From the human T2T-CHM13v2.0 reference genome, Homo sapiens, in NCBI RefSeq assembly GCF_009914755.1, contig NC_060944.1: 64,000 nt of DNA; one strand, given 5' to 3'. Positions 46,729 to 64,000 of the stretch are shown here, in pieces; within the stretch, counting starts at the first letter, position 1, and every line of letters starts with the position of its first letter. The notes beneath the pieces are model-generated. The model was not told the DNA's origin. It made no database searches and worked only from the letters and a program-made list of their open reading frames with translations. A program made the translations under genes and the position numbers.

Positions 46729-46798
46729 TTAAGATTACTTAAAAATCTGAGGTACCCCACATGGTGGCCTCATAACCCAATTAAGATTACTTAAAAAT
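46729..46798. other. 34-nt insert flanked by perfect 18-bp direct repeats (TSD-like)
   Basis: ttaagattacttaaaaat at 46729-46746 and 46781-46798. Confidence 0.85.
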
Positions 46799-46896
46799 AT
46801 AAAGAGAGACAAAATGTATGCATAACTTTTAAAATTTATTTTTATATGAAGGAGTTCTGTAATTTAGTGATGATTTATAAATCAACTTGCCTGTCC

Positions 46897-48082
46897 TTTA
46901 TTTATTTATTTAAATAGTTTTTGGGGAACAGATGGTTTTTAGTCACATGGATAAGTTCTTTAGTGGTAATTACCGAGCTTTTGGTGCACGCATCATCTGC
47001 GCAGCATACACTGTAGCCAGTGTGTAGTCTTGTATTCCTTGCCCCCTTCTTCACTTTCCCCAGCATCCCCAAAGTCTGTTTTGTCATTCTTATGCCTTTG
47101 CATCCTCATAGCTTGGCTCCCATTTAAAATTGAGAACATATAAGATTTGGTTTTCCATTTTTGAGTTGCTGCACTTAGAATAATGGTCTCCAATTCCACC
47201 CAGGTTGCTGTGAATGCCATTATTTTGTTCCTTTTTATGGCTGAGTAGTATTCTATGATGTATATATGCCACATTTTCTTTATCCACTCATTGGTTGTTG
47301 GGCATTTGGGTTGGTTCCATATTTTTACAATTGTGAATTGTGCTGCTATAAACATGCATGTGCAAGTGTCTTTTTTCATATAATGACTTCTTTTCCTCTG
47401 GGTAGATGCCCAGTAGTGGGATTGCTGGGTCAAATGGTAGTCCTACTTTTAGTTCTTTAAAGAATCTCCATACTGGTTGTACTAGTTTACATTCCCACCA
47501 GTAGTGTAAAAGTGTTCCCTTTTCACCACATCCATGCCAACATCTATTATTTTTTTATTATGGCCATTCTTGCAGGAGTAAGTTGGTATCTCATTGTGGT
47601 TTTAATTTGCATTTCTCTGATAATTAGTGATGCTGAGCATATTTTCATATGTTTTTTGGCTATTTGTATATCTTCTTTTGAGAATTGTCTATTCATATCA
47701 TTTGCCCACTTTTTGATGGGATTTTTTTTCTTGCCAATTTATTTGAGCTCCCTGTAGATTCTGGATATTAGTCCTTTGTCAGATGCATAGCTTGCGAATA
47801 TTTTCTCCCATTGTGTGGGTTGTCTGTTTACTCTGCTAATTGTTTCTTTTGCTGTGCAGAAGCTTTTTAGTTTAATTAGGTCCCATCGATTCATTTTTGT
47901 TTTTGTTGCATTTGCTTTTGGGTTCTTTGTCATGAACTCTCCCTAAGCCAACGTCTAGAAGAGTTTTACCTATGTTATCTTCTAGATTCTTTAGTGTTTC
48001 AGATCTTAGATTTAAGTCTTTGATCCATCTTGAGTTGATTTTTGTATAAGGTAAGAGATGAGGATCCAGTTTCATTCTTCTA
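46897..48082 (-). mobile_element. 5'-truncated L1PB (L1PB2-like)
   Basis: L1PB 3'UTR 'tttggggaacagatggtttt...ataagttctttagtggt'; ORF2 fragments [22 protein letters not shown]. Confidence 0.88.
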
Positions 48083-48100
48083 ATTTTTAAAATTAGTTAA

Positions 48101-48380
<280 letters not shown>

Positions 48381-48734
48381 AAAAGATTTCTTTAATGTCA
48401 CCTCCCTTAACTTGAGCAGTTAGAATGGTTTGAAAAAAATGAGAAATATTTTGAACCTTGTAAATTTACAAATTCATATATAAACTTAGGGTGCTAAAAC
48501 AAATAGTTCTTTCCTTTTAAATTTTATAATTTAATTTTAATACTCTTTCTGTGTCAATTATGTATATTAGCCCAAGTTCTATCCTTTGGGAGCTATTTTG
48601 CTTTGTTTCTGTAGCTCATACTTACCCTCAGCTTTTCATTCTGTGAAAGTATGCTATTTACTGCAAGGGATTGTGAATTTAGTTTCAATGTAACTGGTAA
48701 AAACAAAAAAACAGAAAGATGAGCTGTTTATGTA

Positions 48735-48925
48735 CCATTAGTCAAATATTTATTAAGCAGCTGCTATGTTTTAAGCACTGTGCTAGCTGCTGGGGACCCA
48801 AAAATGAATGAAACAGCCTTTTCTTCAGGGAGCTGCTGGCCTAATGGGGATGCAGACAAGAAGAAAGAGAGTTATTTATGGTGTGATAAGTGCAACTGTA
48901 GAATTAATGGAGTATACTATGGAAT
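48735..48925 (-). mobile_element. L2 3' fragment
   Basis: 'caaatatttattaagcagctgctatg...gcactgtgctagctgctgggga...aatgaatgaaacag'. Confidence 0.7.
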
Positions 48926-49595
48926 CACATTCTTTTCTAACAGTTGCTGAACAGTGTCTTGGTATGTAGAGAAGTAGTAGCCTCTGCTGTCTATCCTTTG
49001 TTTATGGGATATAGAGGGGAGGCGGGGAAAACTCATGAATCAATCAGTTGTTACAGAACAGCATTCCAATGAGTTGTGTAAAAGAATTGGAAACAGATTG
49101 AAGTTCCTTAATTCATGAATCTCTAAAAGTGGTTGGGGACAAGTGTGCTTTGCTCTTGCCAAAGTGTAGTGCATGAAAGATAGTGTGTCATTTTACTGAC
49201 CCATATCCACCCTCAAATTAAGTTACTCATTGTGCTCTCATCAGATTTTAAAAGAGAAATGCAAAACATGGATATTAGTAGAAATGCCACAAAATACAAT
49301 AATCAGATAAAACAGTCTTAAGAAGAACACTGTTTTGTGTGTGTGTTTGTGTGTAGAAGTATGAGTACATATGTGTTTGTATTTTTGCATGGACATACAT
49401 TTATTTGTGTATAGTGAGTATTTATATGAAGGTACATAACAAAATGAACTATGGTTAAACATATTTATGCCACTAGTGGGTAGTGTTAGTGGAGACTGTC
49501 AGAATTAACTTCATAGGATTTCTCAGTGCAAAAAAATGTCATGATAATGTCATGTCTGCCTTTCTCAAAGATAAAGGTACTTTGATTAACCCTAA

Positions 49596-49775
<180 letters not shown>

Positions 49776-49779
49776 TAAA

Positions 49780-50010
49780 GAGGCAATGTGATGTAGTGGC
49801 TTAGGACACAGTCTGGACAGACTGCCTGAGTTTAAATCATATATCTATCATTTGTTATATTTGACACATTCCTTAACTTTTTAGTGTCCTGGTTTATTTG
49901 TCTATAAAACATTTTAATAATCCCTATCTTATATGCTCTTGTGAGCATTAAATGATATATGTAAAGTTCTTAGGTGAATAATGGGTATGCAGTAAGGAAT
50001 ACATAAGTAT
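49780..50010 (+). mobile_element. MIR SINE
   Basis: 'gaggcaatgtgatgtagtggcttagg...cagactgcctgagtttaaatc...gtgagcattaaatga'. Confidence 0.7.
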
Positions 50011-52334
50011 AACAAACACTGATGGTTACACTTTATGTGGAAGGCCTATTCCATACTGAGAATTGGTTATGGCAGACAGATTTGTGGTATTCTTTCTTTG
50101 CTCTCCATTTCCTTCAATGGCTTAAGAGTACTTGGGACAGGATTTAGGGAGATCTACAGAGTACCATCATAATAAGATGTAAATTACATGCAAATCAGTA
50201 GGTACATATTATTTGTCCAGCATGTACTTGATGTTAAAAGAAAATTTGGATACATAGTGAAAACAAGTATAATTCCTCAGAGATTGTTTGGAGTCCTGCC
50301 AAGTGTTTTTAGTGATCAGAAAATACTGAGGTGTTTAGCTGATGAGAAAATAAAGAGAAAAAAAGGGGAAGCTATTGTCAAGTAAAATAGAGACAGTCAC
50401 TTTGGAACATCAGTAAGTGAAGTTTTTTTTATTTCATTGTAGAAATGAGGAAGCATGTTGAAAAATTAATTTGGGTTAGTAACAAAATCCCTTTTGTTGT
50501 GATGTTTGTATTCTTAACCAAAAATCTATCTTTTTTCTACTTTCGCATTTAATGTGACTTTTTTCCTATACTTATTTTGAACTCACTGAAAATATACTTT
50601 ATATCATCTCTTTTGTTTTAACAGTTATAGTTCAGAGTAGGTGAAAAATAAGAATAATATATTAGTTTCATTATCACTACATCTGTTATCTACACATGTG
50701 TGTGTATGTGTGCGGGTGTGTGTAATCTGAAAAAACATAGAATTGAAAATCAAGAAACCTATATTCCAGCCATAGTTTATCTCACCTATAAGATGTGTGT
50801 ATGTTGAATGAGAACGTTATATATGCAAATGATTTATTCGTTCCTTCCCCTGTTCATTTATTTAATTTATTGAATGTCTTTTATGTGTCAGATACAGTAC
50901 AAAGGTGAGTAACTCATAGACTCTGTCTACAATATACTTTACATATAGTAGAAGACTAATTCACAGTAGAGCATGTGACCCAAGCCATGTAATCAAAGTC
51001 TTCTTGGGAATTTTTGTGGGAGTCTTGGAGAAACGTGATTTTTTTTTCCTTTTGATTTTGTGCTAGAAGGACATGATAAGGATAAAGATGCTAGTGACCA
51101 TCTCTTAGACCATAGTGTTTTGGAAAATGAGGTCAAGATAAAAGAAAGCAAAGCTAAAAGCTGGAGAGGAGACAATATGTTTCTTTGGTGATAGAGATGC
51201 AAGAAAGGGAAGGCTTTACCAGGTAGAGGAGGCACCACAAACAAGGACATGGAGAGATATAAAACAATATAATGTTCTAAATGAAATGTAAGATGTGCAG
51301 AGGGGTTGAAGGAATGGAGGGAAAGTTAGGCAGAGGCTAAGTATAAAAGATCTTTTAATCTTGCAGGTAGTGGGGAGCCATTGAAGTACTTTAAAAATAA
51401 TCTGGCAATAAAGTAAGGAGAGAGAATCTACATGATGTGGTAAATGACCTAATTGGGAAGGTGAGAGAATAGGTGGAATGTAGGTTGGCTTCAAGGTTTC
51501 TTCTGATTTGGGTGTCTGAGTGCATTGTGTTATTATTCAAAAAGATAAGAAATTCAAAAGGAGAATAAGGAGAAAAGATAATTACTGTTCTTTTGGAAAT
51601 AATGAATTTGAAGTTCATTTGGAAGATCTACCTGGAAGTGTCTTGACTAAAGTTCGGCAGAGGGCTCTCTTAGTTGACCATCCGATTACAGCTATCAACA
51701 CAGATGTGATAGTGGAAACCATGAAAGTGAATGTAATTACTTGGAAAGAGCAAGTAGTTCTAGAAGAGAAGAAAGATGGAGGCAGAACTTTGGGTAGGTG
51801 AAAGAACATGAAAGGAGACTAAAAGGGAGAGGTAGGAGAGGGAGTGGTGTCATGGAGGCTAGGGAAAGAAAAGGTTTAATAAGAAGGCCTGCTCAATAAT
51901 CAACTGCACAGAGAAGTCAAACAGCATTACTGAAAACAATCTATTGGATTTTGCAATTAAGAGGATATTTATATTCATCCAAGAGCAATCTTTTTTGAGA
52001 ATAGAGTGAGGAGGTAGGCCAAGGTATGATTGTAGTGGATTGAAGAGTAAAGAGAAAATAAAAGAAAAGAGTGATAGTAGTTCTAGAATAACGTAGGATT
52101 GAGGAAGTTTGGTTTAGTTTGGATTGTAAGATGGAAAACCACTTAAATAGATTTTGAAGAAGAGGTCAGTAGAGAGGCACAGATTGAAAATAAAGGAGAT
52201 GGAGAAAGTGAATTATCAGTGAATTTCTGGAGAATATATCAAGGAACCATGTGGAGGGTGACTTTTCGTTAGGAATGCACCTTTTTTTGATACTAGAGGA
52301 AGGAAGGGAGAGGATACATATGGACATGGATAGG

Positions 52335-53184
<850 letters not shown>

Positions 53185-54736
53185 AGTGAAGGAAAAAGAT
53201 GGTAGGAGTATGTGCATGAAAATTGGTAAAGCTACTATGAAGAATGGTTGAAGGAACCGAGCAGGCATATATAATACACAATGCAATTTGGCTGATGATC
53301 CATTTCATTTCTAGACAAGAAGTTGCTAGTAGCACCAATTTGCACTACTGGACGTACCAGGAAGACATGTCCACAGGACCAGAGAAGCTTCTCTGAGATC
53401 CAAGTAAATATATTGTAAGTAAACAAGTGAGAAAGCTTACAGGAGAAAGAGCAACTGTGAGAGACTAGTATGTTGTCGTTTAAGATTTTGGAAGGGGAAC
53501 AGTTCTAAGTACTAGGAAGTTCCATGAAAACATAAGCAGGGGTGATTTCTGTGTTGCAGAGAGGGTAAAATAACTTGCATACTAGGTAATTGAGAGCTAT
53601 TGACATGGGTGTTGAAGTCAGCAGTGATTATAACATTTTTTAGGGTAAAAAGGAAGACCAAGTCAGGTGTCCAAATCTTCAGGGAATTAAGTGATCATCT
53701 GGAAAAGACAAGGATGATAACAGTAAAGAGTAGAAAGTGATACACTTGATATGTGTCTCTAAGAGCAGAGGGTTTTGAGATAAGGTTGGGAAAGTAATGG
53801 TATAAATATGGTGATTAAGAGAGTGCTACCCATGGCCCTGTGTCACGTGAGGAGAGAATGAGGAATTTCCTTATGAGAAGGCCAGGATCTAGTTGAAGGA
53901 AGAAGGCTTAGAAGTGTTCTGGAATTAGGTCTAAAATGGCAGGTAATTACAACAAAATGAGAATTTGAGAGCAAAATGGGTAGAGGCCAGTAGAGCTGTA
54001 GGAAGAAAATGGCAGCTTGGGGAATAACACTGTTTAGACAATTGATAGATGAGACTGAATTTTGTTGAGGGGCAAATAATAACCAGAATGCAAAAGACTG
54101 GTTGGATCAGCTGGCTTCAAAATTCCTGGTCTAGGAAGGCTGAAGTCCTTGTAGGTTTTGGAGGGCCCCTGTGTTTAGTAGCCTTTGCTCAGTGCTGATG
54201 TTTCATGTGCTGCTTCTGTTCCTCCCTCTGCTGTTCATTCAAATATATTACACTTGGAAAGTAGTTCTTGTCTCTTCATTCCAGCATAACCTTAGGGTCC
54301 AGTTTTTAGAAGTTTGAATGTTTACACTGGGTTATCATTATTCACTACAGATGCATTTCCAAGTATCACAGTGAACAGATGATCAGATGATTCTTTCTAC
54401 ATTAGCATAGAAAAGAGTCCCCAGGTGTGAGAATGGGTCCTGGTAAGGGTTGTATGATGGACTTTCTTATTTTCACAGAGGAGGTATTCAGTAAAATGTT
54501 TCTGAAGATGATCTTGATCAGAGGATGGGGAGGAGGAAGAGAAAGAAAATAAAGGGGGTAATAAATTAATGAAGTGGCTAATGACCATCATGTGGCTGAC
54601 TCAATGTACACTCTTATCCATGTACCAAATTTCACTGAATCTAAGGGACTTTTTTTTCACATTTTTTACAATAAATTTTTACAATAGTTTTTTTCACATT
54701 TTAATATTTGTGAAATGTTAATGACATTACAATTAG

Positions 54737-55227
<491 letters not shown>

Positions 55228-55309
55228 TCCCTTGTACTTTTTATTGCAACTTCATTTTTCTTTTGGCTTGTAGTTTTCAGAATATTGTTTTTTCTCCAAA
55301 TCCTCAGCT

Positions 55310-55470
55310 TTAAGAAGATAGAATATAATACACATTCTCTAGGCCTAACTCTTTTGTTAAGTATCACATGGCTCTTGGGCAAGCAATTCAACCTCTTTGG
55401 GCCATAATTTTCTTATATATAAAATGAGGGGTTAAGTCTAATGATACCAATAGTCTCTTTCTGTTTTGAA
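55310..55470 (+). mobile_element. MIR fragment
   Basis: 'cttgggcaagcaattcaacctctttgggcc..aattttcttatatataaaatgagggg'. Confidence 0.6.
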
Positions 55471-56709
55471 AATTTGGGGTTTCTTGATCATCAGAGGGCT
55501 GAAAAATCCCTAATCTAAGCCTTTGAGAGGAATCAGGGCAGAGGATAAGGATATAGAGAACTCTGCCTCTTTTCTTAGACTCATTCCTTAAACCTGCATA
55601 TTCTACATATTCTCTGATCTACATATTCTCTGACTTTTGTTGCTGCCAAGCTACTCTGGCTCAAGGTTTTTATGTCTGGGCATAGACATCTAGCAACATC
55701 ATCTTCATTTATATAGATCTACTAGATAAAAAAATAGCATATGTCCCTCTCTTCAAGTTTAGTAAAAAGAGTCAATATTTTTTATAATACATAATTTGGA
55801 TTTTTAATTTTTTCCTGGGAAGTTATTATTTTCTGTTGTCTCTAGCACAAATTGAAGATTAAGTCTCAGAATGGAAAGTTTAGAAGAGACTATTTGCTGT
55901 GGATTACTGTTATATGTATATGTATTTGTATTTGTATGTATAAAGTATACCATAAAATAAGGTAGCTTGCTAGAAGTCAGATCATTAGTTATCAGGTCAC
56001 CCAGAAAGTGGGGATTGTTTTATTGCCTGTTGGAATTGAAATGGTGTTTCTGTAGAACATATTGTAATCAGTATTTTTCAGCATGGATAAATACTGGAAA
56101 ATAAACTCAGTTGGAAGTGAAAATAGTTGAACTCCAAGTTCTTTTTATTTGCCAAGTGATGACTTTGGGCTAGCTAAAATATCTATTAATTTTTAAGGGA
56201 AAATTAATGGTAGTGTCAGGTCTTAATTACAGAGTAGATACTACATTAGATTATCACTAGAAAGGACAAATGATCCAAGAGAAGTTATGTTAGTGGCCCT
56301 ATATGTAAGGAAACTAGCTCGGAAGGAAGCTAATAGTTCCTTACGATTTCCTAGGGAAATTGCTTTAAATAATCTGTAGTTTGGTAGATATTCATATCCC
56401 AAAAGTCACTTAATGACAGCACAGGTTAAGACTACAACAGTGCTGCAAGGAAGTGTATATAGTTCATTTAGGGGAATAATTTAATATGAGGGCTAGAATA
56501 TAAAACAAAATGTAGAGTTAACAATTGTCTAGCAAATTCAAGAATGTTGGTAGGGAAGCACTGACTTAACCAATGACGTATACAATTATTAGAGAGTTAC
56601 TTTGGTCAGTTAAAGCAAATGCAAAAATAACAACAAAAACTAATCTTTCTCAAGTATCTATTAACATTCTAGATATTCTCTATTTTAAATTTCAAGAAGG
56701 GCTTAGAGA

Positions 56710-56798
56710 TAGGGTGAACATGTAATTTATCATTCAAACCAGGGCAATAAGCATAAACTAAGCTTATTCCTGGAAATCAAGGGTATAAAGTTGCTCTA
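56710..56798. mobile_element. MER81/MER94-type hAT-Blackjack MITE relic
   Basis: 'tagggtgaacatgtaatttatcattcaaaccagg...gttgctcta'. Confidence 0.45.
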
Positions 56799-56918
56799 GT
56801 TAGGTCTTACCATGTGTCTACTCTCATTTCTGATTATTGCTAAAAATGTTAAGAAATGAACTAGTTAACATGCCAACTGAAGAGAAAGAGACAAAAATCT
56901 TTCTCAGTAAGCCTCTAA

Positions 56919-57056
56919 TCTGTTGATTCTAACCTTTTGGGGAGAACTGATGTCTTGGAAAGTGATGACATGGACTCTCTCCAATAGAAGTGAATTGAAA
57001 ATGAAATATGAGGGATTCATAGACCCCTGAAAACCATTCATGGGCAAGAATCTTAG
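56919..57056. mobile_element. MER103C-like hAT-Charlie relic
   Basis: 'atggactctctcca...gggattcatagacccctgaaaaccattcatgg'. Confidence 0.5.
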
Positions 57057-57164
57057 CTTAAAGCCAGAAAAAAGAAATAGGATATCAATTTTTTATTATG
57101 GTAAAAGAGCTACCCACAAGCACCACCACTACTAAACACATTTTGATGAACTGTAACATAATTA

Positions 57165-57740
57165 ACATTTCTTATTATAAATAATTCAAATATATACAAA
57201 AATAGAAAGAATATTATAATGAAACCCCATATAACTATCATGTGAACTCAAGATTGCATAAGATTTGTCCATACTTGTTTCACCTATTCCCTTTTTTAGT
57301 TGTGGTTGTTTCTGAAGCATTTTTAAACAAATCCCAGATTCATATAATTTCTCCCCTCTATACTTTAGCTTAGCAGAATGTCATTATCACAACTAACAAA
57401 ACTGACACTGATTCTTCAGTATCATCTGATACTCTATTCATATTCAAATTTTATCAGTTGTGTCAAAAATGTTATTTTCCATTGGATTTACTTGAATTGG
57501 TATCCAAACAAATATCACGCTTTGCCTTTTAATTTTTATAGTCCCTCTACTGCCATAACCTTTCTCCCTTTTTGAAGCAAACTGGTGCAGTTGTGTCATA
57601 TTATGGATTTGATTCTTAATCCCCTATATTTCTTGTAAACAAGAAGTGAGTTGTTAGGCTTGCTTAGATTCAGATTAGATTTATTTTCCTTTTTCCAGGA
57701 AAATTTCCATAGATGATGGTATATATTTCATAGGTTATGC
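57165..57740 (-). mobile_element. L1MC4/5-type 3' fragment
   Basis: 'aattcaaatatatacaaaatagaaagaat..tataatgaaacccc...tgaagcatttttaaacaaatcccaga'. Confidence 0.6.
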
Positions 57741-59462
57741 TCTATAAACTGATATTTTAGGAATTGCTGAATCAGAAATTAGAATCTTACGACCAAAAGA
57801 AACACCAGGACTAATTCTTTTTTCTCACTTTCCAAAAGTATCTGTGGTCCATCCAATGTTCTTTCAGCCATCAAAATATTAACTATTCATATGAAATATT
57901 TATAAAAAGTGACGTCAACTATATTTCCCTTTAATATTCATTTTAAATTATTACAGTGAGCATGTACTTTTCATTCTTGTCCCTTCTCTTTTCTGGTTTC
58001 CTTTATCCCATTCTTTTAAAACCAAGCTATCAGTTCCCATAGCAGCCTTTACCAAGGTAGATAAATATCAACATCATGGTTGAAATACCAAAGCTCAGTG
58101 CCAGCAATTATCCTACAATTTGTGTGTTGGCGTAATAACACACAGGGACTTGAGCACATTACTAATAGCCATTGAGGGGAGCAAGCTAGTCTCTAAACAT
58201 ATTAAAATGCCTCAGAGGACTTTTTCAGCACTACATAATCAAGATTTGGTGATACGAGCTGCTTTGTTAGGACTTGTGAATTTTGCATTGCCTTATTGTG
58301 TGTGTGGAAATTAGTGCCGACCTTCATAAATTGGCTTAGATAATACACAGATCAACCAACAGGAGACAGAACTAGCCAAATAAAGCATATGGCAAATCAC
58401 TGGAAAAAGAGCGTATTATGTAGTGACTTTTAATTTGGAAATGAGAATGTAAGAATATCTCCAATTTAATTGGGGCTTGTCTGAAAAATGCGTTGATATC
58501 TGTCATTTCAGAATTGAAATGTTTTGATTTGCTGAAGTTTTATTTGCTTTGCTGAGGACAAGGATACTACCAGGAATGGGGTCTGACAAAAATAAATTAT
58601 TAAGTTGGGTTATTCTTATTTTTATTCTTTTTCAAGATAGTATTGGCAAAATCTATCTTGTTATTCTTAGCAACATAAATAAGAAGTATTTTGGGGGTAA
58701 AGAGCATATTAGAAAGAAGTTTAAAAATTTTCTGTCTTTTGTTATATTTGATTTTCAGGAAAATAAGGTGAAAAAACATCTATTTTCATACAATTTCTTT
58801 GGATTTAATTATACAAATAGTCATTAATAAAGTAAGAATAATGCATGGTTTACTGGATAAAATTTGAAGGATTTCTGTTAACACTGAAGCCATTCTTTAA
58901 ACATGCTGGAATTTGGAAGTCAGATTTTCTTCAGCGTCTTTGATAAACTTGTGGGTTTTTTTTTTTATCATGTTGATTTTTAAAGAGTGTTTTTGGATTT
59001 GTATCTCCCTTTATTTATAGTTTATTGTGTTAAAACCCTCCTAATTGCCACTCCTCATCCTAACCCTGGGAAAAATTCTTGTTATTGGTTACTCCCATTC
59101 CTTAGGGATATTATATAAGCTTTTTTACCTACTACTCCAAGAAATCTGCATTATATGGGCACTATTATGTATTATATTCAATAAAGAAATTATAGGGCAA
59201 GGCAGCTGCCACATGAAAAATGACTTGTTTGGTATTGTCTGTTTTTTTAGAGAGGGGCATGGAATAAAATTAAAAATATATAAGGCTCATAAAGCTTTAA
59301 TGGTGTGTATATATATTAATTTCTCTCAAAAACAACATATGAAAGTGTCTATATGCACACAAACATATATACACACACATATATGTCTACATACGTGTGT
59401 GTGTGTATAAAAGGAGTGATTCCATTGCAAGGTGGATCTAATTATTAGACTATGTCCTCTCA

Positions 59463-59820
<358 letters not shown>

Positions 59821-60689
59821 TCAACTCAACTTTTTTTCCTATGTCATCCTTTCAAGACACTTCAGGTGAGAGAGCCAAGATGGCCGAATAGGAACAGCTC
59901 TGGTCTACAGCTCCCAGCGTGAGTGACGCAGAAGACGGGTGATTTCTGCATTTCTATCTGAGGCTTAAAAAATGGCGCACCAGGAGATTATATCACACAC
60001 CTGGCTCAGAGGGTCCTACGCCCACAGAATCTCACTGATTGCTAGCACAGCAGTCTGAGATCAAACTGCAAGGCCGCAGCGAGGCTGGGGGAGGAGCGCC
60101 CGCCATTGCCCAGGCTTGCTTAGGTAAACAAAGCAGCCAGGAAGTTCTAACTGGGTGGAGCCCACCACAGCTCAAGGAGGCCTGCCTGCCTCTGTAGGCT
60201 CCACCTCTGGGGACAGGGCACAGACAAACAAAAAGACAGCAGTAACCTCTGCAGACTTACATGTCCCTGTCTGACAGGTTTGAAGAGAGCAGTGGTTCTC
60301 CCAGCACACAGCTGGAGATCTGAGAACGGGCAGACTGCCTCCTCAAGTGGGTCCCTGACCCCTGACCCCCGAGCAGCCTAACTGGGAGGCACCCCCCAGT
60401 AGGGGCAGACTGACACCTCACACGGCCAGGTACTCCTCTGAGACAAAACTTCCAGAGGAACGATCAGACAGCAGCATTTGCAATTCATGAAAATCTGCTG
60501 TTCTGCAGCCACCGCTGCTGATACCCAGACAAACAGGGTCTGGAGTGGACCTCTAGCAAACTCCAGTAGACCTGCAGCTGAGGGTCCTGTCTGTTAGAAG
60601 AAAAACTAACAAACAGAAAGGACATCCACACCAAAAACCCATCTGCACATCACCATCGTCAAAGAGCAAAAGTGGATAAAACCACAAAG

Positions 60690-61706
60690 ATGGGGAAAAA
60701 ACAGAGCAGAAAAACTGGAAACTCTAAAAAACAGAGCGCCTTTCCTCCTCCAAAGGAATGCAGTTCCTCACCAGCAACGGAACAAAGCTGAATGGAGAAT
60801 GACTTTGACGAGTTGAGAGAAGAAGGCTTCAGATGATCAAACTACTCCGAGCTACAGGAGGAAATTCAAACCAAAGGCAAAGAAGTTAAAAACTTTGAAA
60901 AAAATTTAGACAAATGTATAACTAGAATAACCAATACAGAGAAGTGCTTAAAGGAGCTGATGGAGCTGAAAACCAAGGCTCGAGAACTACGTGAAGAACA
61001 CAGAAGCCTCAGGAGCCGATGCAATCAACTGGAAGAAAGGGTATCAGTGATGGAAGATGAAATGAATGAAAAGAAGTGAGAAGGGAAGTTTAGAGAAAAA
61101 AGAATAAAAAGAAACGAACAAAGCCTCCAAGAAATATGGGACTATGTGAAAAGACCAAATCTACATCTGATTGGTGTACCTGAAAGTGACGGGGAGAATG
61201 GAACCAAGTTGGAAAACACTCTGCAGGGTATTATCTGAGAGAACTTCCCCAATCTAGTAAGGCAGGCCAACATTCAGATTCAGGAAATACAGAGAATGCC
61301 ACAAAGATACTCCTCGAGAAGAGCAACTCCAAGAAACATAATTGTGAGATTCACCAAAGTTGAAATGAAGGAAAAAATGTTAAAGGCAGCCAGAGAGAAA
61401 GGTCGGGTTACCCACAAAGGGAAGCCCATCAGACTAACAGCGGATCTCTCGGCAGAAACTCTACAAGCCAGAAGACAGTGGAGGGCAATATTCAACATTC
61501 TTAAAGAAAAGAATTTTCAACCCAGAATTTCATATCCAGCCAAACTAAGCTTCATAAGTGAAGGAGAAATAAAATACTTTACAGACAAGCAAATGCTGAG
61601 AGATTTTGTCACCACCAGGCCTGCCCTAAAAGAGCTCCTGAAGGAAGCACTAAACATGGAAAGGAACAACCGGTACCAGCCACTGCAAAAACATGCCAAA
61701 TTGTAA
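60690..61706 (+). pseudogene. L1 ORF1p, disabled by several in-frame stops
   Basis: ATG GGG AAA AAA CAG AGC AGA at 60690; TGA codons near 60789, 60834, 61077 and 61236; C-terminal 136 aa open (…ERNNRYQPLQKHAKL). Confidence 0.92.
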
Positions 61707-61769
61707 AGACCATCGAGACTAGGAAGAAACTGCATCAACTAATGAGCAAAATAACCAGCTAACATCATA

Positions 61770-64000
<2,231 letters not shown>

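Noticed and set aside
46765-46780. Similarity of 'ggcctcataacccaa' to the initiator tRNA-Met anticodon arm
   Set aside because: The match is too short and the rest of the insert does not fit a tRNA.

Overview
This is primate genomic DNA, most likely human or another ape, judged by its AluY, L1PA3/4 and LTR12C elements. It is AT-rich and intronic or intergenic, and I recognise no host protein-coding exon. Well over half of the window is transposon-derived. The main elements are: a near full-length L1PB1 with an expanded internal microsatellite; an L1PB4 3' fragment; a tailless 7SL pseudogene; solo MLT2 and LTR12C LTRs; a nested L1MD>Tigger1>L1PA stack; an L1PA15/16; a Tigger4; a 5'-inverted, internally deleted L1PA; about 12 Alus; MIR/L2 relics; and a 5'-complete L1PA3/4 that runs off the right edge. 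The ORFs I can assign are L1, Alu, Tigger, LTR or microsatellite artefacts, and the rest are short and unrecognised. I see no evidence of a new multi-gene system. The notable signals are mechanistic: (1) an L1 whose 5'UTR looks spliced exactly at the known ~nt 97 donor; (2) two neighbouring L1PA copies sharing private variants, suggesting local gene conversion; (3) a 62-bp palindrome inserted into Tigger1; (4) a 34-nt orphan insert between 18-bp direct repeats at an L1 endonuclease site; and (5) several candidate cryptic exons. Subfamily names and consensus comparisons are from memory and need RepeatMasker/Dfam confirmation.
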